A stretch of 62,979 nt of DNA, the filler included, from Octopus bimaculoides (lineage: Eukaryota): assembly GCF_001194135.2 (NCBI RefSeq). It is 4 parts of 3 records of this genome, joined end to end, with 100 filler letters (N's around TTAATTAATTAA, not from the genome) between each part and the next. Parts side by side here need not be neighbours in the genome. Positions count along the whole stretch, not along the records: positions 1 to 18,138 come from NC_068986.1; 3 more parts are not named here. One strand, written 5' to 3'. The position numbers and the translations under genes were made by a program. The notes below the pieces were generated by a model. That model had not been told where the DNA came from and did not search any database. It saw nothing but the letters and a program-made list of their open reading frames with translations. Below, piece by piece: positions 1 to 15,299 of the stretch (positions are counted from its first letter, which is position 1; every line of letters begins with the position of its first letter).

Positions 1-31
<31 letters not shown>

Positions 32-73
32 ATGTATGTATATGCATATGTATATGTATATATATATACATAT

Positions 74-106
<33 letters not shown>

Positions 107-418
107 TATATATAAACTTATATGTGTATATATGTATATATATATATACACACATACATATGCACACACATACACCCACACTTGAAGACAGAAAGAAAAA
201 AAGGGAAAGTGCACTCTTTTACACCAATATAAACATGGTGAAAAGCCCGCAAAGAAATCGCCGAAATTTGGTTGAAAATGGGTATAAAATTATGAATACC
301 CCATCCATCGCTCCACCCCCACACCCTGGTGTCAATTCCCCTTGAAAGAAATGAAAAATATAAATAAAATTATATAAAGAAGAAAAGCAAAAACAACAGC
401 AGTAACAATAACAACAAC

Positions 419-452
<34 letters not shown>

Positions 453-842
453 NNNNNNNNNNTGCATACATAGACACATACATACACATACACACATACA
501 TACATGCAGACACTTACACACATTGTTCTTTTAAATCTGTGTTGGAACGAACTTTTGGGCAGAATGAAGCACGATTGTGAAAAAAACAGGATCAAAAACA
601 TAAGAAAGAAAGACAAAAAGAGAGAATGCGAGAAAGAAAAGATAAAGAAAGAAATGGCGAAAGAGAAAAGTAAAACGGGCGATGGGGGGAAAGGACAGAA
701 TGGGCAAATAATAATAGGATGAAAGAAGGAAAGAAAGAGAGAGATGAAGACAGGAAGGCAGGAATAAGAAAGCGAGAAAGAAAGATATACAAATGAAATA
801 TTTCCAGCATAATAATTTGTAAATTGAGTCCCTCCTCCTCTC

Positions 843-873
<31 letters not shown>

Positions 874-1394
874 TGTATGTATGTATGTATGTATGTGTGC
901 ATATATATATACATACATACATATATNNNNNNNNNNNNNNNNNNNNNNNNNNNNNNNNNNNNNNNNNNNNNNNNNNNNNNNNNNNNNNNNNNNNNNNNNN
1001 NNNNNNNNNNNNNNNNNNNNNNNNNNNNNNNNNNNNNNNNNNNNNNNNNNNNNNNNNNNNNNNNNNNNNNNNNNNNNNNNNNNNNNNNNNNNNNNNNNNN
1101 NNNNNNNNNNNNNNNNNNNNNNNNNNNNNNNNNNNNNNNNNNNNNNNNNNNNNNNNNNNNNNNNNNNNNNNNNNNNNNNNNNNNNNNNNNNNNNNNNNNN
1201 NNNNNNNNNNNNNNNNNNNNNNNNNNNNNNNNNNNNNNNNNNNNNNNNNNNNNNNNNNNNNNNNNNNNNNNNNNNNNNNNNNNNNNNNNNNNNNNNNNNN
1301 NNNNNNNNNNNNNNNNNNNNNNNNNNNNNNNNNNNNNNNNNNNNNNNNNNNNNNNNNNNNNNNNNNNNNNNNNNNCAGTAACAATAACAACAAC

Positions 1395-1462
<68 letters not shown>

Positions 1463-1470
1463 TAATAATG
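1..1470. repeat. Compound microsatellite cluster (TA, CA, AAC/AAT, TATG) around N gaps
   Basis: (TA)n/(CA)n 1-170, (AAT)n ~420-452, (TATG)n 845-895, (AAT)n ~1395-1460; gap 927-1375. Confidence 0.97.
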
Positions 1471-4400
1471 GTAAACGACGAAATTTTAAGCAAAATTGGT
1501 AATAAAGTTATGAATAAAAAGCATAAAATAACTCAATCAAAACAAGCCAGGAATTGACAACAAAGGTATGAGGAATAAACAGTGGAACAATAGGCAAAAA
1601 GCTTAATCTAAACAGATACATAGCGAGCTGTTGACATTTTGTCAGCCTTTCTCTACATTGAAATCCCATCGTTCAAAGCATTGCTTGTCGTGATTCAAAT
1701 GTGAAAAGATTCTGCCAAATTTTACCATTCTAATTTCAAAACAATTTCCTTCTTTTATGTATGTATGTACGTATGAATGTATATTTACGTGAACGTATGC
1801 ATATATGTATATATGTGCGTATATATGTATTTATTACGTATATATATATATATATATATAATCTATGCACACATGTATACATATATTTGTATGTATGCAT
1901 GTGTATGTATGCAAGTAAGCATGTTTGTGTATATGCATGTATGTATGTATATTAGTTTGTATGTATGTGACGATGTGTGTTCTGCTTTTATTTTTTAAAA
2001 GTTTTCACCAATAGAGAAAAAGCCGGCATCGTACCCATAAACAAGATTCCTTCGCTGGAATCTAGATCACAACAACTATGTGTCGTGGCATGCATGTATG
2101 TCTGTATGTATGCATGCCTATATGTATGTGTGTAAGCGTGTGTGTGTATGTATGTATGTATGTATGTGTGTATGTATGCAGGTCATTGCTTACGTAAGAT
2201 CTGTGTATTTTCATTTATGTATGTGTATATGTACATGTTTCCATATCTGTACGAGAAAATATGATGAACTTATTACATATTAAATTTCCGGAATATTTTA
2301 TGTGTTTCTCCTGTTGTATAAATGATTTGCATTATAAAAGCAAATTCTTAATTGTGCCCTTTTTCTCTGCCATGAAACACACTTTCTCAAGATAGGTACT
2401 GGGGCAGTTGGATACACTTCCAAGTGGTCAAATACCAATGTTATAATCTGGATGGAGTATCTGCAGATGGTGCGTTGCTTAGATGGATGTGAGAGCTACC
2501 GGAAGTGAAAAGAACTCTTCAGAAAGAGTATACGATGTTTATAGACAGATGACTGAGCAAGGTTCACAGTGTTAATCTTTCCATCCGAAAACAAAAGCAA
2601 AAGGATATTATGAGTTAAGCAGAAGTCCAAAGATATTTTCGTGCGTGTCTGTAAAAATTTCATAGTTCAGATCTTGCAATATATCCATTGCTCGATGAAC
2701 ATTTTCTCGGTTTAGTTAATAACTGTCAAATATACCTAAATGTGAAGCTTCTATTACGATATGGCTGTGCGTATCCAAAGGGGAACATGTGAGCGGTCGT
2801 GTCTCTCATAACCCGGTTATATTCAAAGAATGTGATTGTGCAATATTTTTAAGAATGAACGAAGGAATAACTGTGTTTGTTGGAATAACTGTGTTTGTAG
2901 GACTTCGGGGAAAATAAACTTAAGTGAGCTTTTTGCGTAATAAACAACAAATGCCTGGTCTTGTGCCATAATTTGAAACCAATAAACAACAAATGTCAAT
3001 CAAACACACAGTTATCATCAAGGGTTAACACAGTTACGGGTGGAAGTGGCATTTGAATTTCAGTTCTTATTGCTAATAAATAATTTAGTGCTGTGACTTC
3101 TGATACAAGCAGCGACGAAGTTCTGACAAGTAGAATAGCTTATCTTGATAATGTTCTTGCTATTGTGATATTTATTGTGTCAGAAAATAAACTGTACACC
3201 TCTCCAAGTATGGCAGTATGGCAGTATAAAGTAACTCTTATAGAGATTTTTTTAACTAGCTACTTGGCTTAGTACTCATAAAGACTTTTCTGATAAGGCC
3301 TAATGAGTCCACAGGTATTTTCATACTGCCGATTGCAAGAATCATTCCTACACTGTATTTTAGATTTAATTGATTAAATTTCTTGACAGAAAGTGATCAT
3401 TAAGCTAATAACTAGTTCTTCTCACCTTAAGAGTAATTTTATTTAACTTAAATATTTTTGTCACCACAGTAATCGTTTATGTTAGCCACGATATATTTAT
3501 CAGTCAAGTAGCTAACAGTCCAAACGAATTTTCTAGTGACCCTAATTTGTTTCATTTATATACTGGCATACAGGCCTTAATAGAATTCTTCAAGAAAAAA
3601 TACCGCTAATTCTTCGTTGGTACTACCGGATACAACTTTTTGTTTCCGGTCTGTTTTTGAAAAACAGATCTACGATGAAAGGTATTTCGGTTATGACTAC
3701 ATCGTCTTTTCTGCAGACATAGTGTCTTAGGCCTCTATCGATCAGAGTTGACTATACATCTATACTTGATACTGACCGGTGGAAAGTTTTTAAGAAACAT
3801 TAGGTGTTCATGCAGCAAACCTCTTTTCTCCACGCCACCGATGCTATATCAGAAAAAGGCATGGACCGATACAACTTAGCACCAATATCATCACAAGCAA
3901 ACTCAGAACCTAAAGAACAGTTAAAAAAATATAGCAGGGTATTTTGTACAACACTAACAATTCGGCAAGTTAATAGTTCGAGACGGGTATATTATTTGAT
4001 CACCTTTGGAGGATAAATGGTGAAGTTGACCTCCAAAGGATTTGAAAGGGCCAAAATAGATATCGCATGCTCGATTGGTTGGGAACTGAGCGCTTGGCAA
4101 CATTCAAAATGCTAGACGCTCAATCTAGATTAAGTCTTTCAGAAGAGACCTATGAGGAAAAGTGTTTCAGCCATGAACACCTGTTCTTTTTTGTAGGCGT
4201 AATGTACTTCTACGGCCTTATTCAATCAGAGTTGTCTGTGCGTCTGTACTTGATATGGGTCTGCGCAATGTTCCGAGTCAGTACGTGATTCGGCACTGTA
4301 ACTCTACGAAAGAAACAAACATTTGAAAGTATTACCAGGCAACGGACGATCACGCATGCGCACCGTCTAGAAATCTCTGCAGATGTTATAGCCTCAGTGT

Positions 4401-5521
4401 ATGTATAGTTATTGCCAGCCATGCTAACCCAATCTCTCTGCGCAGTAGATGATGCCTGAAGGTATACACTTTTATACAACTAGTCACTACTACATGGAGT
4501 AGAAGATCAGACTTTCTAGTCTAGTCTGGTTGGACATAAAGCAAGACAGGAAGGTTAAGTGGTAAGGCAATCAGGAAACAACACTGCCTGACCTTTCTGG
4601 CACAACTTCGTCGCAGTCATTTTTGCAACACTTAATCTCTCCTTGTGAATATTGCGGCCTTTAGTGTAGCGCTTCCTCCAAACTGTCGAGCAAAGTGTCG
4701 CTGATAAACAACTAATGTCTGCTTGCAGACGGATTATTCGTACTCATCATGACTCATGAAAGACCAAATTATGCTTTTGTTGTCATGTCGCGCTTCTGCC
4801 TTCGGCGGAATTGAAGTGCTTGCGTTTCTTTGTGTTTAAGAACACACGTTTCAGTGTCGAGAATGCAACCTTTGTATTTTACGTAAAATATAAATAGCCA
4901 AGAGACATTTTCGTCGATAACACATCGAATTCAATACCTTTCGAACACTCACATCTAAAGTGCCCACTAACGTTTCCCCTGACTGTTGACTATTATTACG
5001 TCCATACTAAACCTTACGTACTCTACATTAATCCTTTTCTTTAAAGAGATCCACCGCCTACAAATAAAGATTGTTCTCATCGTCTACCACCGAACTACCT
5101 CACTGATACGATAGTTGTAAAATTTTGGTGTCGGGAACGATACATATAGCATCGAGTAACTATGTCTCATTGTCATATTTAATTTACTGTACTTATAAAC
5201 TTTTGATGTGCGTGGCAAACAGGATAAAACTGTTGTCAGTCCACATTATACCCTTCCATTGAACTAACAAAAAATTTCCCACATAATCCAAGCAAGTATC
5301 TAAGATGCTTCCTGTACTACACACTAACATCAATGAACGGCAAGTTTTTGCAAGGCGCTTCTAGACGCATGAAGAAGTATGGCCATTCAACCCTAGTCGG
5401 AGCGGAAACGGTCACTAGTCTGCAGAGATAGGCCCTCGCTACAGCTCACGGCAGAAACACTGATCTAATATCCAGCTCCGAAAAATTCGATATTATATCG
5501 AGACCAAGACGAACGCACGCA

Positions 5522-5524
<3 letters not shown>

Positions 5525-5608
<84 letters not shown>

Positions 5609-5650
5609 TCATACACAGTCTCACACACACTCTCTCTCTCTCACACACAC
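5525..5650. repeat. (CA)n/(CT)n microsatellite
   Basis: About 80 bp of pure CA repeat followed by CA/CT mix. Confidence 0.97.
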
Positions 5651-6852
5651 AACCAAATGAATACACTGTCACTTCATGCGATACAGGTCGACAGGCCAAG
5701 GCGTAAAATTCGTAATTACTTAGAAGTACACGTGCTCTTTATATTCTGGTCTCGCAGATGGCTACTACATCTAAATGGAATGACCTAACATGGTTCAGTA
5801 AGTGTTCTTATTTCCAAATCGGCCCAGGTTCTGAGCTTTTATACATCTTACTCTTATGACCGACTTTGTAGAGGGTGACAAATATATGAGTGGACTCTTA
5901 CCTTTATTCCAGAAGCACAGGTAATTCGTTCATTTAGGTGACTTCGAAACTCTTTATTAACATTATTTTGTTCACTGCTGGTGCTGGCGATGTTTTGAGG
6001 ACAGAGTACACGTTTATGGTTCTTTTCGTTTGTGTTAGTGCTTTCCGCTCTCAGAGAAGATAAAAAAAGGGATTTTATCCATAGTTGCAAATATTAGCAA
6101 CATTTGTATCTCCAGAGGTATTTCGGACCAGTTCTGCTTGAAGGCCTGAAATCGTTTCTGGTGCTGTCAATACTCATCTACTTCTGCCACCAGAATTTTT
6201 CAGCTCCATTCCTGGTGGTACATCAGAGTGACATGATTTTGGTCATCTGGCAATCCCCACGTAGTAAGAAGATGAATTCTTCGGAGGCACAGCTTTACCT
6301 CATTACGGAGCAGAACCTTCACCGTGCACAGTGTTCCTAAGCTTTTTAACATGTTTGTTATCCTTCACTCCACTCTGAGAACCCCGATTGAGCGCATTGG
6401 GTCATTCGTAGTTTTCAACATATATTACTATACGTAATATTTTTCCATTCCTGCTGCTCTATATGATGCTGATGATAATGATGATGATAAAGATGATGAT
6501 GATGACAACAAGGACGACGACGACGACGACGATGGTGATAGCGCTATTACAGTTTTATTGATTTCATGTTTTTTGTTTCTTTCAAATGTGTGTATCTTAA
6601 AAGTTTTTTCTCCTTCAATTTTTTTTTCTCCTATCATGTCACAACACTACAACTTCCTCCCGCATCTCAAGAAAGACTTTCGTTTGTTCACTATTTTGTT
6701 TTCCACGCGCAATTGTTTTTAGTTCAGTGACAAAGTTGTACGTATTTTTGGCTGGCAACGGATTTTTTCCATTTATGTGAGTTACGCCCCTTTACAAAAA
6801 TATAATCCTCAGGAAATTATAGCCCCTTCGGGAAATTAAAATCTTATCAATT

Positions 6853-6882
6853 AATAACAACAACAACAACAACAACAACAAC

Positions 6883-6948
<66 letters not shown>

Positions 6949-7097
6949 AAGAAGAAGAAGAAGAAGAAGAAGAAGAAGAAGAAGAAGAAGAAGAAGAAGA
7001 AGAAAGTTTCGTTATCTGCCAGGAAGGCGTCGAATGAAAAACAATAGAAGGACTAAATTCAAAGTTTCAAACATTGAGGTGGGTGTCACAGAGAGAC

Positions 7098-7170
<73 letters not shown>

Positions 7171-7185
7171 TAATAATAATAATAA
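6853..7185. repeat. Compound (AAC)n(AAT)n(AAG)n and (AAT)n microsatellites
   Basis: Read directly from the sequence. Confidence 0.97.
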
Positions 7186-7402
7186 TGGTTTCAAATTATA
7201 ACACAAGTCCAGCAATTTCGGCAGTGGGGGTGGCTAAGTCGATTAGATCGACCCCAGCGTTCGACTGGGATTTAATTTATCGATCCCGAAAGAATTAAAG
7301 GCAAAGAAGACCTCGTCGGGATTTGAACGCAGAACATAAAGACGGACGAAATGTCGCTAGGCCGTTTGCCCGGGGTGCTAACGATTCTGCCTGCTCACCG
7401 AT

Positions 7403-7470
<68 letters not shown>

Positions 7471-7990
7471 CTCTTTTATTTTGGCACAATGCCAGGAAAT
7501 TTAAGGGACGAGGAAGTCGATTACACTCACACCATTGCTCACTGGTAATTATTTTATCAACTTCGAAAGGATAGGGAGCAAAGTCGACTTCTTCAGAATT
7601 TGGCGAAGAGTTAGCAGAACCGTCAGTGCCTCGGACAAAATGCTTAGCGGCCTTGTGCCTTGTGCCTTGTACCAAAATTTGAAACCGATATTATTATTAT
7701 CAATTTCAAATTGTGAAGAGGTCGAAATTATTTTAAATCCGTTCGGGGTCGATAAAATAAGTACTAATTGAACACTGGGATTGATATAATCAGCTTAATC
7801 CCTCGCCTGAAATTAGTGACCCTGTGCCAAAGTTTGAAACCAATTATAATTATGATGATGAAAAATGATGATAATTATAATGGTCTCAAATTTTGGCACA
7901 AGTCCAGCAATTTCGGGCGTTGGGTAAGTCGATTACATCGACTCCAGTGCTCAACTGGTACCAAAGTCGACCTTGGCGGAATTTGAACTA
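7186..7990. mobile_element. Cluster of at least 5 tRNA-derived SINE pieces in both orientations
   Basis: Pieces resemble the intact SINE at 28572-28806: (-)7186-7402, (-)7471-7605, (+)7601-7686, (+)7700-7842, (-)7881-7988. Several end in GTGCCAAAATTTGAAACC plus an (AAT)n-type tail. Confidence 0.85.
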
Positions 7991-8011
7991 CCATAGACCT
8001 GAAATTTCGGG

Positions 8012-8843
8012 GAGCATGCGCGATTTCAGGTCATCATCATTATTGAAAGTTTTACCATTCAAAGAATTTTGCAAACTTCGAAATAGATGGTAATCTGATG
8101 GTGCAAGGTCAGGGCTATATGTAGAATGTGACATCACTTCCCAACCAAGCACCTATAATTTTTCGCGAATTAGCAAAGATGTGTGTGTTCTAACGTTGTC
8201 ATGGTGGAACATGATTCCTTTACGATTTGCCAATTCTGGCTGTTTTTCTTTGATTACTTCCTCCAGTTTCATTAGTTGTTGACAGTAAACATCTGAATTG
8301 ATCGTTTGGTTCCTTGGAAGCAGCTCAAAATAAACAACACCATTGTAATCGCACCAGATTGACAGCATCACCTTTTTTTGATGCAATTCAGCTTTCGACG
8401 GATGTTCATTTTCAATTGATGTTACTGATTCAATTATGGTTTTGATTCTGTCATCATAAACTTCAGTAGGTCGATCAGAACGTTGGTGATCTTTGAATGA
8501 AAAAGGTCCAGAACGGAACTTTTAAAACCATTTCTGACATGTGCGTTCTGTTAAGCCATCAACACCATAAACTTCACATATCTTTTGTGGGCCTCAGCAG
8601 CCTTCTTGCCTTTATAGAAATGAAAAAGTAAAATATGGCGAAAATGTTCCGTTTTGCACTACATGTTAAAATTGACACGGAACAGCTGTAAACAAAATTA
8701 TGCGCAATTTGCTTCTAAAGTAAGCTAAAAGTAACGGCTATCAAATGACAAAAGGAAAACAAAAATCATATCATTGACAAAAGTCATTAAAAAAAATCAT
8801 AACTCTATTTGCGAAAAACGAAATTACTTCCTTGCCAACCCAA
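8012..8843 (-). mobile_element. Mariner (DD34D) relic, internally deleted and 3' truncated
   Basis: 5' TIR rc TTGGGTTGGCAAGGAAGTAATTTCG at 8843; peptide HQKKVMLSIWCDYNGVVYFELL...HHDNVRTH...[13 protein letters not shown]; premature stops; same family as 14186-15292. Confidence 0.95.
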
Positions 8844-8929
8844 CATATATCAAATGACATATGTCATATCTATAAGCAGCTGATGATATATAGCTTGACT
8901 ATTTGTGTGTGTGTATGTGTGAAAGTACG

Positions 8930-8975
<46 letters not shown>

Positions 8976-8976
8976 C

Positions 8977-9007
<31 letters not shown>

Positions 9008-9683
9008 CGTATATATAGGTATATATGTGTGTGTGTGAGAGAGAGTATGTGTTTGTGTGTGTGTGTGTGTGTGCAGATGTATATACATATACACACATAT
9101 CTCTACGTTTCAATATAAATAAGAATGTCATATCAATTTTACCTAAGTCCTTTTACACTTTTTGACTTTTGTGCTGCTCTTATTTATTTATTTATTTATC
9201 ATCATCATCATCATCATCGTCATCATCGTCGTCATCATCACCATCATCATTGTGTGCGTGTGTCTATGTTGCTGGGGATAGTGTGGGTAGGGGCTGGCTG
9301 GTGAGTTTGATCTCTGTTTTTTGATTTTGATTCGATCTTAACCTAAGGACGAAACCGTTATTAAGCATTTAACCTCACCCATACTCAACATCCCAAACTA
9401 CAGCCCACCCCCACCCCACTGTCTATCAATACCTACCCAACCCCACCCCAACCCACTCACACTCCTAAATATTCCATCAAAATAAATACTCACCNNNNNN
9501 NNNNNNNNNNNNNNNNNNNNNNNNNNNNNNNNNNNNNNNNNNNNNNNNNNNNNNNNNNNNNNNNNNNNNNNNNNNNNNNNNNNNNNNNNNNNNNNNNNNN
9601 NNNNNNNNNNNNNNNNNNNNNNNNNNNNNNNNNNNNNNNNNNNNNNNNNNNNNNNNNNNTTGTTCTTCCGTTTATCTTTCCCT

Positions 9684-9685
<2 letters not shown>

Positions 9686-9752
<67 letters not shown>

Positions 9753-9953
9753 TAGTAGTATAGTAGTAGTAACTGTTGTTGTTGTTATTGTTGCCGATCT
9801 TCTTCGTATTGTTTATGTTGTTGCTTTGTTTTTTGTTGCTTTTGTTCTTTTCTTTATATTTACATTCTTCTTCGTGTTTTATTTTTAATTTTAATTTTTG
9901 AAATTTTGTTTCATTTTATTTGTCTGGTTTGTCTTGTTTTCGTTTAGTTAATT

Positions 9954-10006
<53 letters not shown>

Positions 10007-10310
10007 CAGCAACAACAACAACAACAACAGTAATGATTATGATGATTATAATATTAATAATGATGATGATGATGATGATCACAATCATCATCATCATCAT
10101 CATCATCACTATTAATGCTATAGTTATCATTATTACCATCATTTCACTATGATCATCATCATCTTCATCAACCCCAGCAGCAGCAGCAGCAGCAACAATA
10201 TCAGTAATATCATGAATACGAGTTTGTTAGAAACGATTGTTGTTGTTGCTGTTATTATTATTATTATTATCATTATTATCATTATTATTATTATTATTAT
10301 TATTATTGAA
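9686..10310. repeat. Trinucleotide microsatellite cluster (TAG, TTG, AAT, CAT, CAG, TTA)
   Basis: Read directly from the sequence. Confidence 0.95.
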
Positions 10311-11212
10311 TTTTTTTTATTTTTACTATGATAACTTAGTAAAAACCAATGCAACTTTGCATTAGATTTTGCTGAGGTTTCGCTTCAACTGTAGAAACTC
10401 TGTCCAATATTTTCATTTATGTCTCTTTAACATGTCATTATCAAAACGAGGAATTACATCACGATTTTCACACTAAATTTCCGGAATACATCGTCAAGGC
10501 TCGGAGGCTGTTTTAAATTCGATACGCCTTCTCTTCACTTCTTCCTCTCCTCCCACTCACCTCTCTCTCTCTCTCTCTTTCACTTTCTCTCTACCCCCCT
10601 CTCTCTCTCTCTCTCCCCTCGCTTTTTCCTATCCTTGCTTTTCTGTATGTTCTTCATATTCTTTCGGTTTTGTTTTTCATATCAATTTTGTTGATGTTCA
10701 GTTGCATCTTTTTTTGCGTTGTTGCATCTGTAGCAATAGTATTTGTTGTTGTTATTAGTGTTGCTGTTGTTGTTGTTGCTGTCGTTGTTGTTGTGCTTTT
10801 GTTTTGTGCTATTTTGATGCAAATGTCTTTTAATATCTGACAGAATGATAATTAAAGTGAAAACCAGCTACACACACACACATGCACACATACACATGCG
10901 CGCATACACAAGCACACACACACGCACACACACACACTCACAATTATTGCGCAGCATACACATACGTATACATGCACACACACTCTCACACGCAGAATCA
11001 CAAAATATTACACATAGATATACACACGCATACACAGATGCATCGACGCATTAACACACATGTACATCCACCTAGAGAATTATAAACTATCGAACATTAT
11101 CATAGGCACTCACACATACACATACATGTACACACGTACGCGTACACACAATATAAACAAATAATGTCACACGCATATATATATATATATATATATATAC
11201 ATNNNNNNNNNN

Positions 11213-11258
<46 letters not shown>

Positions 11259-11426
11259 GTATATACAACTATACGTATAAATAAATATATATACATACAC
11301 ACACACACACACATATAGATATATATATATGTATACATATATACAGACATGCATACATATATATATATATATATATATAATTCATATACACATATATATA
11401 TGTGTGTGTGTACATATGTATGTATA

Positions 11427-11470
<44 letters not shown>

Positions 11471-11939
11471 TATACATACATATGTACATACACGGAGACA
11501 CATGCACACCTTCAGACATATAAAGACAATAAATGCAATCATAGGCTATTACACATACACACACACACTCACACACGCATACACACGCTTACGCTCACAC
11601 ATATATATGTAGATATACACGTATGCGAATACACACACACACACACACGTACTGATATACACGCAAAGCAAAGTATATCTTGTGATATCTGGATGGCAGC
11701 AGTTAAAAATATTTTCCTTATCACCTCGTCGCCCTTTTACTCCTCCTCCTCCTCGTTGACTCTTCTTATTCCTCCTCCTCCTCCCCTTCTCCTCCGGCTT
11801 AACTCATCTTTATCATTACAACATTCAATTTCCCAGCATACATTGCCCTGTCTATTGTCGACAAGAGCAACAACTACAACACCAGCAACAACAAAAACAT
11901 CATCATCGTCAGCATCATCATCAACAACAACAACAAGAA

Positions 11940-12172
<233 letters not shown>

Positions 12173-12461
12173 TCGAGCGTCTACGATACTGATAAAATAT
12201 ATGACAACGGCTCTCAAAATTATAAATGTGCATATATTTAGTCAAGATATTAGTAATTGTAGAATTATTAGAATTATCAGCAGCAGCAGCAACAGCAGCA
12301 ACTGTAGCGGCTGCACCAATAGTAACAATAATAATAACAACGATATTAATGTTGTTCTATAGTATATACATGTATGTATGTATGTAAGTATGTATCTATA
12401 CATAAATGTATTTATATANNNNNNNNNNNNNNNNNNNNNNNNNNNNNNNNNNNNNNNNNNN

Positions 12462-12507
<46 letters not shown>

Positions 12508-13266
12508 TTTATGCATACGCGCTCATCTGATGTGTGATGTGTGTGTGTGTGCGTGTGTGTTACTTAAGGTATTAAAATACACCGCATCCAAAACAGGCTG
12601 CATTATTAACCACATATTTACTCCACCAATAGAAATGCGTACATTTATACGTAAATTATACGCAAATTAATTTAGTACTGGGTTTGTTTCTGTCTCGACT
12701 TCTATCCGTTTGTACGGCGCATGTGCTAACGCACACTTCCATCATTTTCACTCCCGAGATGGTAGCCAAACATACACATCATTGTTAAACATTGACATCT
12801 GATAGAAATTGTAGATCTGTAATGAGAATATTTTCATATTCATTCACTTGATTCATCGGATATACTTCTACACTGAACATAATTCTTATAAGAAATGTTC
12901 GCTTAGCCCTTTGCATGTCTCGTATCACGCGTTATACAGGATATATTTCCCTTGCATCATATATAATACACGTTCCCAGTTTTTTTCAACCACTGTAACA
13001 TGGGATTTATGGAAAGAAAGTTTTATATTACTGAGTGTATGAGATAAAATGGCCTAACTAAAGATCTGAAAACAAGCATGGCCGTTTAAGATTAATTTAT
13101 GAAAATGCTTTGGACAGGCAAAAGGTATGTCTTTGAACAAACTGAACAGGCTGAACAAAAAGCTGGATTGAAACGATCGAGCGCCATTACATCATGGCAA
13201 ACGAAAGAGAAAAAGATAGACCGCATTATTAGATCACAGAAATGCAGAGATGTTGATACATTAGTA

Positions 13267-13920
13267 CAGAGTGGTCAAAACGTCATTAGGCCATTTGAAA
13301 AGATAAAATCATTTTTTATTTATTAAATATTCATCTTTATTGTTATATAAACAATAAATATATTTCTTGAAAAACCTTTTCTACTATTTTTAAAAATTCC
13401 ATCCTACAAATGGCAACCTTTTTCTTCTTGACACTGGTGAGTTCTTTCTTAAGAGAGTTTCATCAACATTTGTAATATTTCTTGGCTTATTCCTTCAATT
13501 TCTTCACAGATGTTGGCCTAAAATTGCTGGATGGTCTGAGGTTTGTTATGGTATACTTAGTCTTTCAAATATCCCCGCAAAAAAAGTCTGGAGCAGTTAA
13601 ATCAGGTGAGCGTGTAGGCCAATTGATTTAGAGTCTTTTGAAATTATCCTCCTTCCAAAAATTTGCCTTAAGAGCTCCATAATCACGTGTACTGTACGGG
13701 TACTAGATTCATTCGCTGCCACCATACCTCTAGATTTTTCTCAACTTCAGGATGCATAAAGTGTTCCAGCATGTCCCGATAACTTTCTCCTGTCATGGTT
13801 AGCGAGCTTTCTGCTTCATCCCCAAAACATTAAGGACCAAGAATTTTTCCAGCACTTAACCTGTATCAGTCACAACCTCCACTGGTTCAAATCACCGGAA
13901 TAAATTGAATATCGGTTGTT
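13267..13920 (-). mobile_element. Tc1/mariner DD41D-type relic (3' half)
   Basis: TA+CAGAGTGGTCAAAA terminus at 13265-13267. Frameshift-corrected minus translation YRDMLEHF...WPTRSPDLTAPDFF gives 41 residues between the 2nd (decayed) and 3rd catalytic Asp. Confidence 0.8.
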
Positions 13921-14185
13921 TAGTTGGTTGTTGTCTGACCCTGAAATGATGAATGTAACCTCTTTGGATTAGTACAACTGATTGTTGACTTTGTAGATAA
14001 CATTCGAATATATTCACTTGTTGCTCTACTGTGACTTACTTCATCATTATTTTCCAAGGTTTGCATGTCAAAAATCTGAAAAAGAAAAGGAAAGACTGAA
14101 AAATTGTATTTCAGTTCCATGAACTAAAAGTCGGAGAGGTACGGAATAAACTATCTGCATCAATTTGCTATAAAAACAGGTAGTA

Positions 14186-15292
14186 TTGGGTTGGCAAGAA
14201 AGTAATTTCGTTTTTCGCAAATAGAATTGAGATCTTTTTGGATGACTTTTGTCAATATGATATTTTTCCTTTTAACATTTGATAGCCGTTAAATTTAGTT
14301 TACTTTAGAAGCAAATTGCGTGTAATTTTGTTTACAATTGTTAGTTCAGTGTCAATTTTAACAAGAAGTGCAAAAATGAACGTTTTCGCCATATTTTGCT
14401 TTTTTTATTTCCGTAAAGGCAAGAAAGCTGCTGAGGCTCACAAAGAGATATGCGAAGTTTATGGTGTTGATGGCTTAACAGAACGTACATGTCAGAAACG
14501 GTTTTAAACATTCCGTTCTGGAGATTTTTCATTCAAAGACCACCAACGTTCTGGTCGACTTACTGAAGTTGATGAGGACCGAATCAAAGCCATAATTGGA
14601 TCTGATTGTCATATAATTGTGCGAGAGATTGCAGAGAGGTTAAATGCATCACACAACTGAAAATCACTACAATAACATCAATCGAAAACGATTATAGTCC
14701 AAGCATAATGAACCAGCACAAATCACATCGAAAGCTGAATTGCATAAAAAAAGCCAGGCTGTCAATTTGGTGGCATTACTAAGGTGTTGTGCATTTTGAG
14801 CTGCTTCCAAGGAACCAAACCAATGCAGATGTTTACTGTTAACAACTAATGAAACTGGAGGAAGCAATCAAAGAAAAACGGCCAGAATTGGCAAATCGTA
14901 AAGGAACCGTGTTCCACCATGACAACGCTAGAACACACACATCTTTGCTAATTCGCGAAAAATTATAGGTACTTGGTTGGAAAGTGATGTCACGTTCTAC
15001 ATATAGCCCTGACCTTGCACCATCAGATTACCATCTATTTCGAAGTTTGCAAAATTCATTGAATGGTAAAACTTTCAATAATGATGATGACCTGAAATCG
15101 CACATGCTTCAATTTTTAGCTGATAAGGACCAGAAGTTCTATGAGCGTGGAATCATGAAGTTGCCAGAAAGCTAGCAAAAAAGTCATCGAACAGAAATGG
15201 AAAATATATAACTGATTCAAGTTCATTCTTTGTATGAGAAAAATGACTTTTATTTCTCACTAAAAATCCGAAATTACTTTCTTATAACCCAA
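14186..15292 (+). mobile_element. Mariner (DD34D) non-autonomous element with both TIRs and TA TSD
   Basis: TA|TTGGGTTGGCAAGAAAGTAATTTCG ... CGAAATTACTTTCTTATAACCCAA|TA. Transposase remnants MNVFAIF..HKEICEVYG and [16 protein letters not shown] with 34 residues between Asps; stops and an internal deletion. Confidence 0.97.
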
Positions 15293-15299
15293 TAATTTT

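Noticed and set aside
3700-6340. Possible very old RTE-like LINE remnants and a ~50-bp diverged duplication (3729 vs 4214)
   Set aside because: Only faint motif hints in broken frames; cannot be supported without a profile search.
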